Assembly (NCBI GenBank): GCA_963693365.1 | Contig: CAVNZM010000002.1 | Span: forward strand, 11,154,328 to 11,218,327 | Reading direction: 5' to 3' | Length of the DNA stretch: 64,000 nt | Source of the DNA: Amoebidium appalachense | Lineage: Eukaryota; Protista; Ichthyosporea | Shown: positions 36,367 to 52,668 of the stretch, in pieces | How positions within the stretch are numbered: the stretch's first letter is position 1 | Layout: every line of letters starts with the position of its first letter | Translations under genes and position numbers: made by a program | Notes under the pieces: generated by a model | Databases searched by the model: none | What the model saw: only the letters and a program-made list of their open reading frames with translations | Told to the model about the DNA's origin: nothing

Positions 36367-38015
36367 TTAGACACTAGTTTGGCTACTCTGACTACTCTGA
36401 GATCCTGATTGGCTGCCTGCAGACTTGCGGCCACGATTACTTTGCTTTCGATCGTGCCATTGCAGCTGCGTCTCTCCAGCAGGTGGCAACGCCAGGCCCA
36501 GCACAGCAGATGCACGAGAAGGGGGTGGGAACTGCCCACCAGCCGAGGGCTGGCCCACATGGCCCAAGTAAGGATGGGGACCGTGCTGCGGCAGTAGCCC
36601 AGGCATGGGGAAGGCAGGGCCGGGCTGAGGCGGCATGATGCCCCACGGTGGGGGCCAGCCATGTGGGTGGTGCGGGCCTGGATGGGGTGCAGGGGGCATG
36701 TGCGGCACATGGCCCTGCTGCATGTCAAGCGCGGGTGCTGGTGGCATGGCATCCTGATTGGCTGCAACCCAACGTGGGCAGCTCTTGGCCCGATTGGAGC
36801 CGGGGCAGCCCTTGCCCTGGCGGCCACACGTCTTGCAGGTCTTGGGGGCTCTCTGGGGTGGCTGCATAGGAGGGGGCACCGGCAAATCCATCTGCAGGGG
36901 CCCCTCAGGGCCAATGTTGCGATGCTTTTTGCCCACTAGCATGGGCAAGGGCCGCTCACGCTGCGCCCCTGCATCGACACCGTCTGGAACAGGGAGGGGT
37001 GGCAAGGGGGCAGGCCGTATGGTTGCTGGCACAGCGTCTGCCCTCTCCTCGCGCATACGCTTGCGGTGATCTGCCAGGCCCTCGTGTGTGGAGCGCTGTG
37101 CATGTGCCGTCTGCCAGGTCTTCCACTTGTCGAAATGCTTCTTGATGTAGGCCGCATCCTTCATGTAGATTCCCCCAGCCACAGAGGCAGCCTTGTTGAA
37201 GTCTTGGGCCAAAGCCTCGAACAGCTGGCCGTTGGGCTTTGCATGTGCCTTGTAGGTGCCCAGGAGCAGCGTGCTGAATAGCTTGCGCTCCTGAGGGGTA
37301 AGCACCGGAAGGAAGGGGATGGCCACATGTTGCTTCTGCGCCAGGAACTTGTAGTCGCCCCTCAGTGCAGGGTCCGGCTGTGGTGCACCACGCGCCACCT
37401 GGTTGCCCCCCCCCATGGCAGCACCGTCACCCTCCTCGACCTCACAGTCCTCTGGCCCGCCCATCACGCCATTGGCTGCAGGCTCGATGTTATCAGACGG
37501 AGGTGGGGGTGCGGGCACCGCAACTGGCTCCTGCGCCGGGGCATTGGCCACACAGGAGAGCGGGGCAAAGTTGAAGTACTCCTCCGGTAGCTTGTAGCAG
37601 CCTACGGGTACCCACTGGGGGTCGAGGTGATGGCCGTACAGCATCAGCGCCAGTGCCTCCATGTCGTCAACAATCCAGGGGCTGTAGTGGGGGGGCCCCG
37701 ATGCCTGACCCAGGCGGTTGCGGTAGTGTGCACGCAGGTTGTGGCGGTGGCGCCTATTGGACATGGTGGCGTCCAGCAGGCGCAGCGACATGCGTGTGGC
37801 CCCAAAGTGGGTGGCCAGGGGGTTGTGCACTGCCCCCTCCACCTCGTTGGTGCCCCGGATGCAGCGGTAGCGCATGAGCCCATCTGCGTCGGCAGTGGTC
37901 TCGTAGTAGAGGGGCAGGCCGGGGGGGTCCGACAGACAGCCATTTTGGGCGTGTTCGAGCAGCGACTGTGGGGGCACAAGCAAACATCAGAGAGATGGGT
38001 GGGTGGTGGTGGTGG

Positions 38016-38050
<35 letters not shown>

Positions 38051-38153
38051 GGTGGGGGGGGGGGGGGGGGGGGGGGGGGGATGGGGTTGCTAAGGAAAAA
38101 AACGAGCAGGGAAAGGCAAAAAACAACTGGCTAGGCAGCAAGGGCCGTGCGGG

Positions 38154-38221
<68 letters not shown>

Positions 38222-38225
38222 ATGT

Positions 38226-38262
<37 letters not shown>

Positions 38263-38803
38263 GGCTAGGGTGTGCGTGTGTGTGCAGATGAACCAAGGAT
38301 GACAAATAAGCGAAGAATCTTTTCTGTGGTGGTGGAGTTGTTGGGCGCCTGCAGGGGGAGGGGGGGGGGGGGGGGGGGTTGTTGCCTCGAGTCTTTCAAA
38401 GCCATCCTTCTTGAACAGAGGCTTGCCATCCGGTCCGGGCGGCACATCCTTGTAGGTGTTTTTGAACTCCACCAGCCGCGAGACCAGCGTGTATGGGTCG
38501 GGAATAACCCGCCGGATGCGCTCCATGAAGTAGCTCAGGTCGCCGCCCTTGAGCTCGGTTTCAATGTCGATGCCCTTCTGCTCCAGCACCCCCTGTGAGG
38601 CAGGATGCCAATATTAATTTACTACGCACACTGCAATTTGGGTTTGGTAGACTTTGATACCTGCCGTTATTGTAGGACCCCCTCCCCTCCACCCCCCCCA
38701 TCTTCTCCCCCAACACAAGTAAAAAATGCATGTGGCTATTTCCCCCCACAACCCTACATTATTTCTCTCTAGGCATATGAATAACCCCCACTCTCCTCCC
38801 CCC

Positions 38804-38849
<46 letters not shown>

Positions 38850-39900
38850 TTGCCCCCCCTCTCTCTGAGGCTCAGGCTCTCTCTCTTCCCTCAGAAGTTT
38901 TGTCGAAGGTGTGCATGGTTGTGGGTGGAATGGTGAGTGTGTGCTAACGAGTGTATGTGTGTGTGCGCGTCAGTCACGCATGTTGTTGTTGCCGTTTTTT
39001 TTATTTTTATTTTTTATTTTTTATTTTGGGGGGGGGGGGGAGGGGGGGGGGGCACCTTCACATGTCCGTAATCCTCTTCATTCCACACAAATATTGCCTC
39101 GCTGAGTGAGCGTGCGTACTCAGCCCTGCGGGGGTGTGACTTGTACGTGCCGTCCGCCGTGTTTGCAATGGAGTGGAAGGCGTCATTCAGCACAGTCTGC
39201 CACACCACCTCCCCAGGCGGTGCCTGGCCCAACATGCCCTCTCTGGGAGCTGCCTCGGGTCCCCCTGGGGCTGCCTCAAGGCCCCCCGGGGCTGCCTGGG
39301 GGTCCTGGGGGGGTGCCTGTGGGCCGGCAAGGGGTTGCTGCTGCTCGGCAGGGGGAGGACTGGCAGGGGGAGGGGCTGGGTCAGGGACCACCGGCACCTC
39401 GGCACCTGGGTCCGGTGGGGGCTGAATGGGCCGTAGCCACTGCAGGTGCACCATCAGCTCAAAGGGCGGCGGGCCCAGCTCTCCCAGGGTCTTGCCCTTG
39501 TCGGGGCCAAAGGGCACCTGCATGGCCGGCGACAGCACCTGATCCACCCGCACCACTGCATGCTTCTTGCCCACCTTCATGCCCCCCCAGCGCTCCGGCT
39601 GCACAGCCAGCACCACCCCGGTGGCTGCTGCAGCATGTGGGCCCCGCCGGGGCACAATCTCAACCCCTTCACCGAGTGCCTTTGCATGAAGCCGCGCTGC
39701 ATGTCATAGAGGGAAGCAAAAAACTCAGCCAAAAAGCCACAGCACCAACGTTTTTCTCTTCGCTCCACAAAAATCAAATGCATATTCCTTAGCAACCCCC
39801 TCTCCCCCCCCCCCCCCCCCCCCCCCCTTCTCCCCTCCCCCCCCCCCCCTCTCCCAGTGCCCAGCTTGTGTGGCACTTGCACGTGTTAACAGTGCTATAG

Positions 39901-39933
<33 letters not shown>

Positions 39934-40027
39934 ACCACCACCACCACCACCACCAATCACCCCCTCCTTTGATAGCCACCCGACACCCAGCATAACACAA
40001 CTGGAACACTGGCCCATGTGGTCAGCC

Positions 40028-40061
<34 letters not shown>

Positions 40062-41583
40062 TCCCCCTCCCCTCTCCTCTGGGGGGCCCACAATCTTTCT
40101 ATATCTGGCATAAGCACATAAGCACTGGGGCAAAAAGCAGGTGGGATACACACCTGACAGGTTTGGCCTATCGACCACGGCCGAGTAGACCTGCAGGGAC
40201 GCATATGCATCAAGGGCAGCGTAGGTGGCCTGCACCTCTGATAGCGGCTCGTGCCAGTTGGAGCATCGAACAAGTGCCGGCTTGGGCAGCTTCTTGCCTA
40301 TGACCTGGGCAGTGATGTCGGCCAAGCCCCGGGCCGCAGAGGTGATAGCTGCACGGGCATAGCAGAACCGGCCCAGCTCCAGATAGCTGGCCACAGGGGT
40401 GCCGTAGTCCTTGTTGAGGTGGGCCGAGTCCGTGCCGATCTGCTTGCCCACCTTGATGATGCTGGGGTCCCTAAGCAGCGCAATCAGCTCGTCCACCAGC
40501 CGCGCGGGCGGGCTGTGGTTGGGGCCCATGCGTGCCAAGTGGAAGATGTACACGGCCCGTGCGGTGGCAATCTGCAGCGTGCAAACCTTGGACCGCGCCT
40601 GGCCCACCCGATAGACCCACTCGCAGTCCAGCCCCACCACGCGGTGCTGCTGCCCCTCCAGGTCGGCACGAATGGCCGCTGTAGCCACCACCGCCCCCTG
40701 GCAGTCGGTGTACACCGGCTTAGGGTAGTTGGCCGGCAGCTCCAGCCCAGGCAGACCGTCCGTCACGCTTACCAGCGCAGCCTCGTTCAGACGGACGGGG
40801 CATTTTGGCCGGGCTAGGGTTGGAAACATGCGCTCAACAAACGCCCGGTCTTGGCAGCACCGATCTGTGTAGAAGAAGGCCGGGCCCTTGCTGTTGAGCG
40901 CCGCCGTGGTGGCAGAGATGCGCTGGATCACGGGCTCAATCTCCTGGTGGCTGCAGTCCCGTGTAAATACCTGCGCCCGGATCTCTGGGGTGCCGCACTG
41001 TGTGAGAGGGCATCTCCGAGCAGCCATGCATGTTCTAGCTTCCCTTACCACATGGCCCTTCACGAGACTTCAGTGCCCACACAATCCTTTCCCCCTCCCT
41101 CCCCCCAAACCCATGTGCCCACATACTTTCCCCTCCCTCTCCCCCAAAACCCTTCCCCCTCCTTCCCCCCAAACCCATGTGCCCACATACTTTCCCCAGG
41201 CCTCCCTTTCCCCCAAAATCTTCCCCCCCCCCTCCCCCCTAAACCCATGTACCTACAATCCTTCCCCCTTCCTCCCCCTAAACCCTTGTGATCACAATCC
41301 TTTCCCCCTCTCTGCCTTCCCCCCAAACCCATGTGCCCACGATCCTTCCCCACTCCCCCTCCCCCCAAACCATGGGACAGCCCTCCATATGGCACCTACT
41401 GTCCCCCCCCCCCCCCCCCCCCCCACCCCACCCCGGGCCTCTTGCCCTCTCTACCTTCAACCCCGACGGTGGTGTCTCTCCCCCCCCCCCCCCCCCCCCC
41501 CCCCTGCATCCCTTGCAATCACTGGCCCCTACTCCCATTCTGCTTGGCAGAAGCTTGCCCCCCCCCCCCCCCCCCCCCCCCCC

Positions 41584-41626
<43 letters not shown>

Positions 41627-42538
41627 ATTCCCCGCCAAAAGAAAGCTCCACCCCAGCCCACCCCAATCTCTACCCAGCAAAAACACATACACACATATCT
41701 GGAGCTTCCTAGTTTTTGCTCGACAGGGCAAGAATTGTCCCCAAAACCCACATACTACAAACCTCTACTCACAGTGTGCCACCTCATTAAATGTGGAGCC
41801 TAAGAGATTTAAAGGCCCTAGAGGGGGGAGGGGGGGGAGGGGGGGAGGGGGGGCGTGTGTGTGTGTGTGTGTGGGGGGGGGGGGGGGGTGGGCGTGTGTG
41901 GGGGGGGGGGGAGGGGGGAAGGGGGCCTGGGGGAGAGTGGGGGGAGGGGGGAGAAGAGGAGGGACCACACACCGCCAAGCTCGTTTACACAAGTCCATAG
42001 GCCTCGGTACAGAGGCTCCCCATTGATGCCGGTGAGCTTCCCAATTTGGAAGGTGTGGTCGGCCTTGAGCACGTTGTTTACGGGCTTGAGCTGCGTGTCC
42101 AGGCTCTGGTACTTTGCCGTGCGGTCGCTGAACTCAGTATACACGGCACTCAGGTATTTGCCTGAACCCCAAGTACTGTTAGAACTCCACCACCCTCCCA
42201 TCAGGACCATCCCCCCCATTCCCTCTAGTCCCTCGTGTTCATCTCACCTCTCTGTATTTTCGTAAGTCTGTATGGCTTTTCCCATCTCAAAAACGCTACA
42301 CACCCATCTCCGGCCGTTTGCCCCCCCCCCCCCCCCTCCCCCCCCCCCCCCCCCCCCCTCCCCCCGCCTCCCGGCGCGCGCAAACCCTCCAAGTCATTGC
42401 ACCAACTTTCACCTTCTTTCCCCTTTGTGCCCCATCTGCAGTTTGTCCCCTGCACGTCCGTTTGCCCTTCCCCCCACACCCTCCTGCCACTACTATAATA
42501 ACCATTAAGTACCGCCACCAAGATCCAGTCTACCACCA

Positions 42539-42582
<44 letters not shown>

Positions 42583-42731
42583 CTCTCCACCTCCTTTCCC
42601 CCAACACACACAGACACACATGCGCACACCCACCATCTAATTTCAGGCATAACAGTTCTCCACGATTTCCCAAGCACACTCACTGGTACATGGACCGTTA
42701 TGCTTTCACCCCTCTGATGATCCCTCTGCCC

Positions 42732-42769
<38 letters not shown>

Positions 42770-44274
42770 ACCACCACCACCACCACCACCACCATGACTG
42801 ATTGCCACCACCACCACCTAATCCATCACCATGTCCCCCCTCCCCCTCCCCCCCCCCCCCCCTCCCCACACACACACACACACACACGGACCCACAAGTA
42901 CACGCACACTCACAGGCGCACATCCACCACCACACATCCACCACCACCATAATAGAAACTTATTGACCACACTTCCAAAACCCATTTCCAAGTCCCCCCC
43001 CCCCTCAAAAAAAAATAAAAAATAATAAAACAAAACCCTACCAAGCCAACCCAAAAAATGCCCAAGCACGTGCATACAAAACAATGGGGACCATTTACAC
43101 ACCCAAAATGCAGTGCACACTTGCCTGAAGGCACATGTCCAGCGTAACCATTTTTGTCACCAAACGCCGAGAACTTAGCCGCCTGCTCCTCTGGGGGAAG
43201 TTCTGTCAGGCGCTGGTCGTGGGGGCGGAAATCGTTACGCTTTTTGAGTTCATACTTGGTCCAATGCAGCGCCCTCGAGTAATACAGGAGCCGCTGCTCG
43301 TCGTATCGCTGCTTGTGGAGCTCCGAGAGGAGGGTGGCAAAGGCGTTTGGGCCCACACCTTTGTCTGCCAGTGCACGCAACAATGTTACCACCTTTAGGT
43401 CGAGCCCACTGCGGTGGCTAAGGTAGGCCGGAAACTGATCACGCATGAAGAGTGGAAGGCGTTTAATTGTCTGGGGGTTTGTGCCGGCAAAGTTTTTTTT
43501 GCATGTGTCACAAAAGTACCGGGCCGTGATAATGTAGTAGCAGCTGTCAAAGTCGATAACACGCCGTCCTACGGGGTTGCTCATGAACCCATTGCGAGAA
43601 GTACGGTGTGGGTTGGGGTGGTTGTGGGGGTCCACGTAGTGATCATCGAAGGGGCACGGCACCATGAAACCGGGAGACAACCTTTCCGGAAGCCAGGCAA
43701 AACATCTGGGTTTGTAGAAAGGCGCTGGATCGCCCCCAAATTTAAAGCCTATAATGGGAGGTGGAAGATGCCACCCCACAGGCGTCTTCTCATCTTTGAG
43801 ACTCTCTTTCACTGTGTGCAGGTGCGACTTGATTGTTTCGCCCGCCGCGTCAGAAAACTCCTCTCCACCGTCATCCCCGTCCGTATTATCTTCTCCCTCT
43901 TCCTCCCCTTCATCCTCGTCTACCCGGTACGCATCTGCTGCTGCATTTAGCAAAGGTTCCTCGTCGGGTTGCACCTGTATGTCTGGTGGGTGTGGAGCAG
44001 GGGCCCGATCCATTTCTCTTGGTAACGAATGGACGCTACCTGCCTCAACTACACGGGCCCTTATGTCGGCGGCCTTAGATAGAGGGGGCTGTTCGGGTTG
44101 TACGTTTACGTTTAGTTCCTGCAAAACAGCTTTGTTTGCCGTCCCAAAACCTGCAAAGTTCGCTAAAGGCTGAACAAATGCAGCATCTTTTTTTTTGCGC
44201 CCAGCTCCCTCCCTAGCTCCGCCTGTTTTATGCCCAGGGCGCTGTGTTGTGCCCTTAGGGCAGCCTGGCTTCAT
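36367..44274 (-). mobile_element. Spliced, apparently intact 1538-aa Mutator-like DDE transposase (DUF6729-like N-terminal region) with an embedded DEDDy 3'-5' exonuclease
   Basis: Exons 44274-43125, 42161-41973, 40984-40154, 39696-39056, 38592-38386 and 37965-36367 total 4617 nt with no stops. DDE-type motifs: LKADHTF, FYTDRCC, LNDAFH, RCIRGTNEVEGAVH. Exonuclease motifs: VGLDCEW, GTDSAHL, SNW..LS..QATYAALDA. N-terminal GGAREGAGRKKK; C-terminal CKTCGRQGKGCPGSNRAKSC. Element termini not found. Confidence 0.82.
41072..41376. repeat. Degenerate minisatellite in transposase intron 2
   Basis: About 6 copies of the core CCCCAAACCCATGTGCCCACA separated by variable C/T spacers. Confidence 0.75.
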
Positions 44275-44565
44275 TTTAAACACTTGGGGCCTGGCCCCCT
44301 GCCCCCCTAGTGCGACTACGTTACCGCAAACATTCCCGTATTCCAGTGTGCTCGGCAATGCTGCTCATGGCCTTCCCGGACTGGTTGTGACCAGTAAAGA
44401 GCGCGCCAATTCCTGACCGCCGCCTACAGCAGTGTATGATCTGTTATCCATATTCGGCAAAAGGGGTCTTGCCCAACCAATGGCTTGAATCCTTGTAACT
44501 TTGCTTTATCCATATAAGGTTAGCTGAACACCCCCCCTCCAATCATACCCCCCCCTTCTCTCTAG

Positions 44566-46120
44566 TAGTAGCTCCTGGCATGCCGCACCCCCCGTCTGGC
44601 TGCACCCTACCCAACTCAGTTAGGAGCATGATCATTTCAAACACTGGCAATGGCCCCGCCGATGTTGTTGTGACCTACAAGCGCACCGACGGCAAGACCG
44701 AGCAGGCAACTGGAACCATTGCCGCCGGTGGCTCGCAGTCTTTCGGCATCCGCGAGTACCAGGGTGAGGGCCAGACATGGACGAGTGTGATGGAGAAGTC
44801 AGCGTGCAGGTTAGCTCCGTGGGTGGCGGCAACTCGATTGTCGCCGCACCTTTCTCCGGCGTGACTGGCATTACTGTGGACTACAAGCTCGAGATCAAAA
44901 GTGTCCCTGCCCCCACCCCTGCTCCCGTACCTGCTCCCGTCCCTGTTCCCCCCGTTGTTCCATGTGTTGGAAGCAACGGTGGTTGCACCCCCCCACCCGT
45001 GTCAACAGCATGGTGGTTGTCAACACCGGCACCGGTCCCGCTGAGGTGGTGGTTACCTACAGGTTACCTACAAGCGTGCTGATGGCAAGACTGAGTCCGC
45101 TGTTGCCACCATTGCCGCTGATGCCGCGCAGTCTTTCGGCATCCGCGAGTACCAGGGTGAGGGCCAGACCTGGACGAGTGTGATGGAAATCGTCAACGTG
45201 CAGTTTAGCTCCGTGGGTGCTGGTGTGTCCAACATTGCCGCCCCATTCCCCGGTGTTAACGGCATCACGGTGGACTACAAGCTCGAGATCGAGGGTGTCC
45301 CTGCCCCCGTACCTGCTCCCGTCCCTGTTCCCCCCATTGTTCCACGTGTTGGAAGCAACCGGGTGGTTGCAACCCCCCCTGCCCGTGTCAACAGCATGAT
45401 CATTACAAACACTGGCAGCGGCCCCACCGATGTTGTTGTGGCCTACAAGCATACCGACGGCAAGACAGAGCAGGCAACCGGAACCATTGCCGCCAGTGCC
45501 TCGCAGTCTTTCGGCATCCGCGAGTACCAGGGTGAGGGTTAGACATGGACGAGTGTGATGGAGATTTTCAGCGTGCAGGTTAGCTCCGTGGGTGGCGGCA
45601 ACTCGATTGTCGCCGTACCTTTCTCCGGCGTGACTGGCGTTACTGTGGACTACAAGCTCGAGATCAAGGGTGTCCCTGCCCCTACCCCTGTCCCAGTTCC
45701 CGTCCCCGAGCCCAAGCCCATCACCCTCTGCGTCGGTGCCAATGGCGCTTGCCGCCCCCCAACATACGTCAAGGGTGCCACCATCTTCAAACGCTCCGGC
45801 AACACCATCCGGCTTGTAGCCGTCTACAGCTCGACCGATGGCAAGAGGTCTGAGCGCCAGGTGTCTGTTGTTGCTGCCGGCCAGTCTGTTGTGTTTGCCC
45901 CCCGAGAGTGGCAGGAGAAGGGGGCCACCTTCACCCAGGTGCTGCGCCTGACCCACATCACTGTTGCTGTGAATGGCCAGAGGACTGGCCGCCGCTACGT
46001 GTGTACATGGCTCCCTTCGGCACCACCGGCATCACCGAGAACATTGACCTGACCGTGAGGATGGCGGGTGCCCGTCTTGCGCTCGCACGTGGCAGGCCGG
46101 CTGCAAACATCGGCTATTAG
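44566..46120 (+). pseudogene. Decayed gene with four tandem ~95-aa beta-rich domains joined by Pro-rich/Cys linkers; family unknown
   Basis: Unit V(R/N)SMIISNTGNGPADVVVTYKRTDGKTEQATGTIAAGGSQSFGIREYQGEGQTWTSVMEIVSVQVSSVGGGNSIVAAPFSGVTGITVDYKLEI occurs 3 times plus one divergent copy. Frameshifts near 44797, 44995, 45062 and 46003; in-frame TAG at 45540. Confidence 0.82.
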
Positions 46121-46315
46121 ATGATTACGGAGAATGGTTTTTTTTTCAAAAAAAATGTTTAAATGCTGGACATATAACTATATTGGTGTATGATATACGT
46201 TAACGGTATTATTGATCGTTATTAGAGTATATAGTGAGCCAGGTGTCTTTGAAACATCACCTGGTGTGCACATTGTATGAACACGAAATAAATGATTATC
46301 AGAGATACCTGTTAC

Positions 46316-49042
<2,727 letters not shown>

Positions 49043-49277
49043 ACAACCGATAGTGGGCCTCAATGTTTACGTTTGGGAAATGTATGTAAACCTCTGCGAA
49101 ATCTTAGTACGATATATGATCAGGTTATCTGATACAGTCATATGATGACAGCCTATGGGGTGGGTAGGTCCCCCCCCCCCCCCCCCCCCTCCCCCCCCTC
49201 CCCCCCCCCCCCCCCCCCCCCCCCCCTTCCTCCTCCGTGGGGATCTGGAGGACCCACCTGTCCAAAGGGGTAGGTGG

Positions 49278-49329
<52 letters not shown>

Positions 49330-49583
49330 AACGTACTACTACCCCCCTCCCCGTTTCAAATCAAGAATCCCACCCCACCCCCCAAAAAACAAAAACAAAA
49401 ACAAAAAAACAACAAAACACACACACACACACACACACATACGTACACAACTTATACCACTACCACCACCTTCACGACCACACGCACACACACATACATG
49501 CAACACACGGACACAGACCTCCCCGCCAATGGGCCAAGCCTGGAGTCTTCGAGTACGGTTTTTTGGTTATCGCATCACCAGGC

Positions 49584-49651
<68 letters not shown>

Positions 49652-49991
49652 GGCACGTGCGCGTGCGCGCGCACACACCGTAGCACGTGATCACACACGC
49701 CCAAGCACACATGTTCCCCCCCCCCCCCCCCCCCCCTCCCCTCCCCTCCCCCCGCCCCCCCACACAACACACGTGCACACACACACACAGTGACTACTAG
49801 TTTAACCTAAATTTGACGATGTTTCATGCATGATTCATCGGTATACGTTCATTCTTTGCCGGCAATAGAAACCGTGCATGTAACACCCAGATATCCAAAT
49901 ATAATAAAGTATAGTGAGCCTCAATCAGCTAATCACCAGCAACCTTGCGCTGAGCACCAGCAACCTTGCGTTGAGTCTCAACAGCTAACAG

Positions 49992-50033
<42 letters not shown>

Positions 50034-50575
50034 ACCCACCCACTCCACTCTGCCGACTGCCCAGCCGTCTCGACACACCATGATGCATGACGTACACAGA
50101 TGTACATACATACTTTTTATTTTAACATTTTAGCAAGTACACACGTACATGTGTGTCCGCTAACTGTTTGTTCATATTTGATCGAAACAAAATATATAAA
50201 AGTAACAAAACAGCCAAAACATGACCGTTAAACGAGAAGGAAAAAAACCGCCGGGTCACTCAGGGCCGTGACCAAGCCCCTACCTACTATTCCAACACTA
50301 TGTATTGCATAGGGGTGGCCCATTCGCACCAGCCCACCATATCCGCCCTTTCTGGTTACATACACACTATCAGGGCCTATCAGCATAAAAACCTGCCCTC
50401 ATGATTCGTATGTGGGAAATACATGGGAAGATGTTCAAGAATACTGACACACGGACAACACATTCAGACAAACGAAGCACACCCAACCCATACCCATTTT
50501 ACACACTGCCAAACATTAAACATGCATGACCACCACTATTGGCCAACACAACCATATTCTTCACACACAAAAGAC

Positions 50576-50627
<52 letters not shown>

Positions 50628-50706
50628 CAACAACAAAAAAAAGCAAAAAAAAACAAAAAAAAACAGCTATACACCCACATATCACCGATATCCCCCCAGA
50701 GTGACT

Positions 50707-51038
50707 CTACGTCAGGCTCTCCTCCTCGGTCATAGTCTTCTTGATTCTCAGGAGGATGCTAGTCATCCATGCGTCCAGCCGTGTCATGTTGTCGTACTCT
50801 GCTACCACGTTGGTGAACTTCTCTACGTCCTCGTCCTCCATCGCCTGCAGCAGGTCCTGCATTAAATTTTAACAGGGTTAGTTCATTGGGTCGCCTTTCA
50901 ATTAGTAGTGTCAGTTCACTGGGGCGCGGCACAAACAGAACCAGCAAGCGGTAAACCTGGTGCGCACCTATGACACACACCCACTACCATTGTGGCACAA
51001 GGGAAACAAAAAACATGAGGAAAAAAGGAATGCCCCCC

Positions 51039-51069
<31 letters not shown>

Positions 51070-52016
51070 ACCCACCCACACAAACACACACACGCGCGCG
51101 TACACAAACCACCACCACCACCACCACCAAAAAAAAAAAAAAAAAGAAAAAGAAAAAAGCCATCCACCACTACCGCCACCCAAGCATACTCACCCCCACC
51201 CACTCATTCACACGCCAACACAAAATAATTGGGGAGGGAAAAAAAAAAAGAAGAAGAAGAAGAAGGAAAAAAAAAATACATCATAGTAACAACATTATAA
51301 TAAATACACACACGCACATGCACACACACATTCACACACACACACACCTATAAACATTCATAAAAGAACAGAGCAAAAAGAATGATCCATAACACACCTC
51401 CAAAAACTTGCACTCCCTCTGGTCTTGGAAGCTTGGGAACTGCTCCTTGTATCTGTCAACCGCCCGTCGTGCCGTCAGAATGTCCTGTGTGTGTGTGTGT
51501 GTGTGTGTGTACAAGTGAGCACGTATGTGTGTGCGTGTGTGTCTGTTTGTTGTGTGGTGCACGGACGTGTGCTTGGATGTTCGTATGTGGCTGTGCTTGT
51601 CTTGGCCGGAATAAGGAGGAGGAGGAAAGGGGGGGAGGGGGGAGGAAGGGGGGGAGGGAGGGAGGGGGGAGGGGGAGGGGGAGGGGGGGGACAGATGCCG
51701 TAAGTGTCAAACTTGCAGGCAAGTGCATCACGCGCCAAGCACGAGTTATAATGGTATGTGGGTGTTCGCCTGAGTGCCATAAGCATGTGAGTGGATGAGG
51801 ACGTATGTGTGCTGCCACCCCCAAAAGTGCATGGGGCCTGGCTGGCATCTACATGCGGCATACCATTTTCCCAGTGTCAGCAACGGCATATCAAGCAATG
51901 CGTGGCTTTTTGTGTGCATATCCCCCTCCCCCCCCCCCCCCCCCCCCCCCCCGGGAGTTCCCGGCGCCATTCGACACACAACAAAAGGATACACACAAAC
52001 TGACATGCCGTTTCCA

Positions 52017-52068
<52 letters not shown>

Positions 52069-52593
52069 AAAAAAAAAAAGTTCTTAAAGCCCATTCAACT
52101 CCACCGGTTCTTTGTGAGTACGTACGTGCCAGCCTTCTTTTTACCTCCCTATGCCTTCCCGACGTGTGTGAACACGTGATAGTGTGCACACATCTGATGT
52201 GGCCGTGTGTGTTCGTCTATGTGCGCACATGTCTGTGTGCATGTGCACGGGCATGTGCGTCGGTCTGTTGGCTACATTTATGCCATTGTGCCATGGTGCC
52301 AACACGCATATCTGTGTGTGTGCGCGCGCATGTGCGTGTGCATGTGCGTGTGCCTGTGCGTGTGTGTGTGCATGTGCATGTGCGTGAGCGTGTGCGTGTG
52401 TGCGTGTGTTTGTGACTGTCTAATTAGTATTCCTCCCCAAATCTCTCTGTGTGATACACACACATCTGCATGCACGTATGCGTGTGCATGTTCACGTACC
52501 CCCGAGCACATGTGGCACAGGCCAGCCTTGAGGTAGTACTCCTTGGCCCCCCACTTGAGCAGATTGTTGTCGATGCTCTGTGCTGCAACCTGG

Positions 52594-52635
<42 letters not shown>

Positions 52636-52637
52636 GG

Positions 52638-52668
<31 letters not shown>

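Noticed and set aside
44275-44358. Upstream extension of the transposase ORF (MPSTLEYG...)
   Set aside because: It starts at TTG. The first ATG is at 44274, directly before the basic N-terminal motif.
33613-44565. TIRs/TSD for the exonuclease-transposase element
   Set aside because: The best match was TCAGGA (33622) versus TCCTGA (44411), only 6 bp with no flanking duplication. Termini remain undefined.
49935-49975. 21-bp tandem duplication CACCAGCAACCTTGCG(C/T)TGAG
   Set aside because: Two copies in intergenic DNA; ordinary slippage with no further signal.
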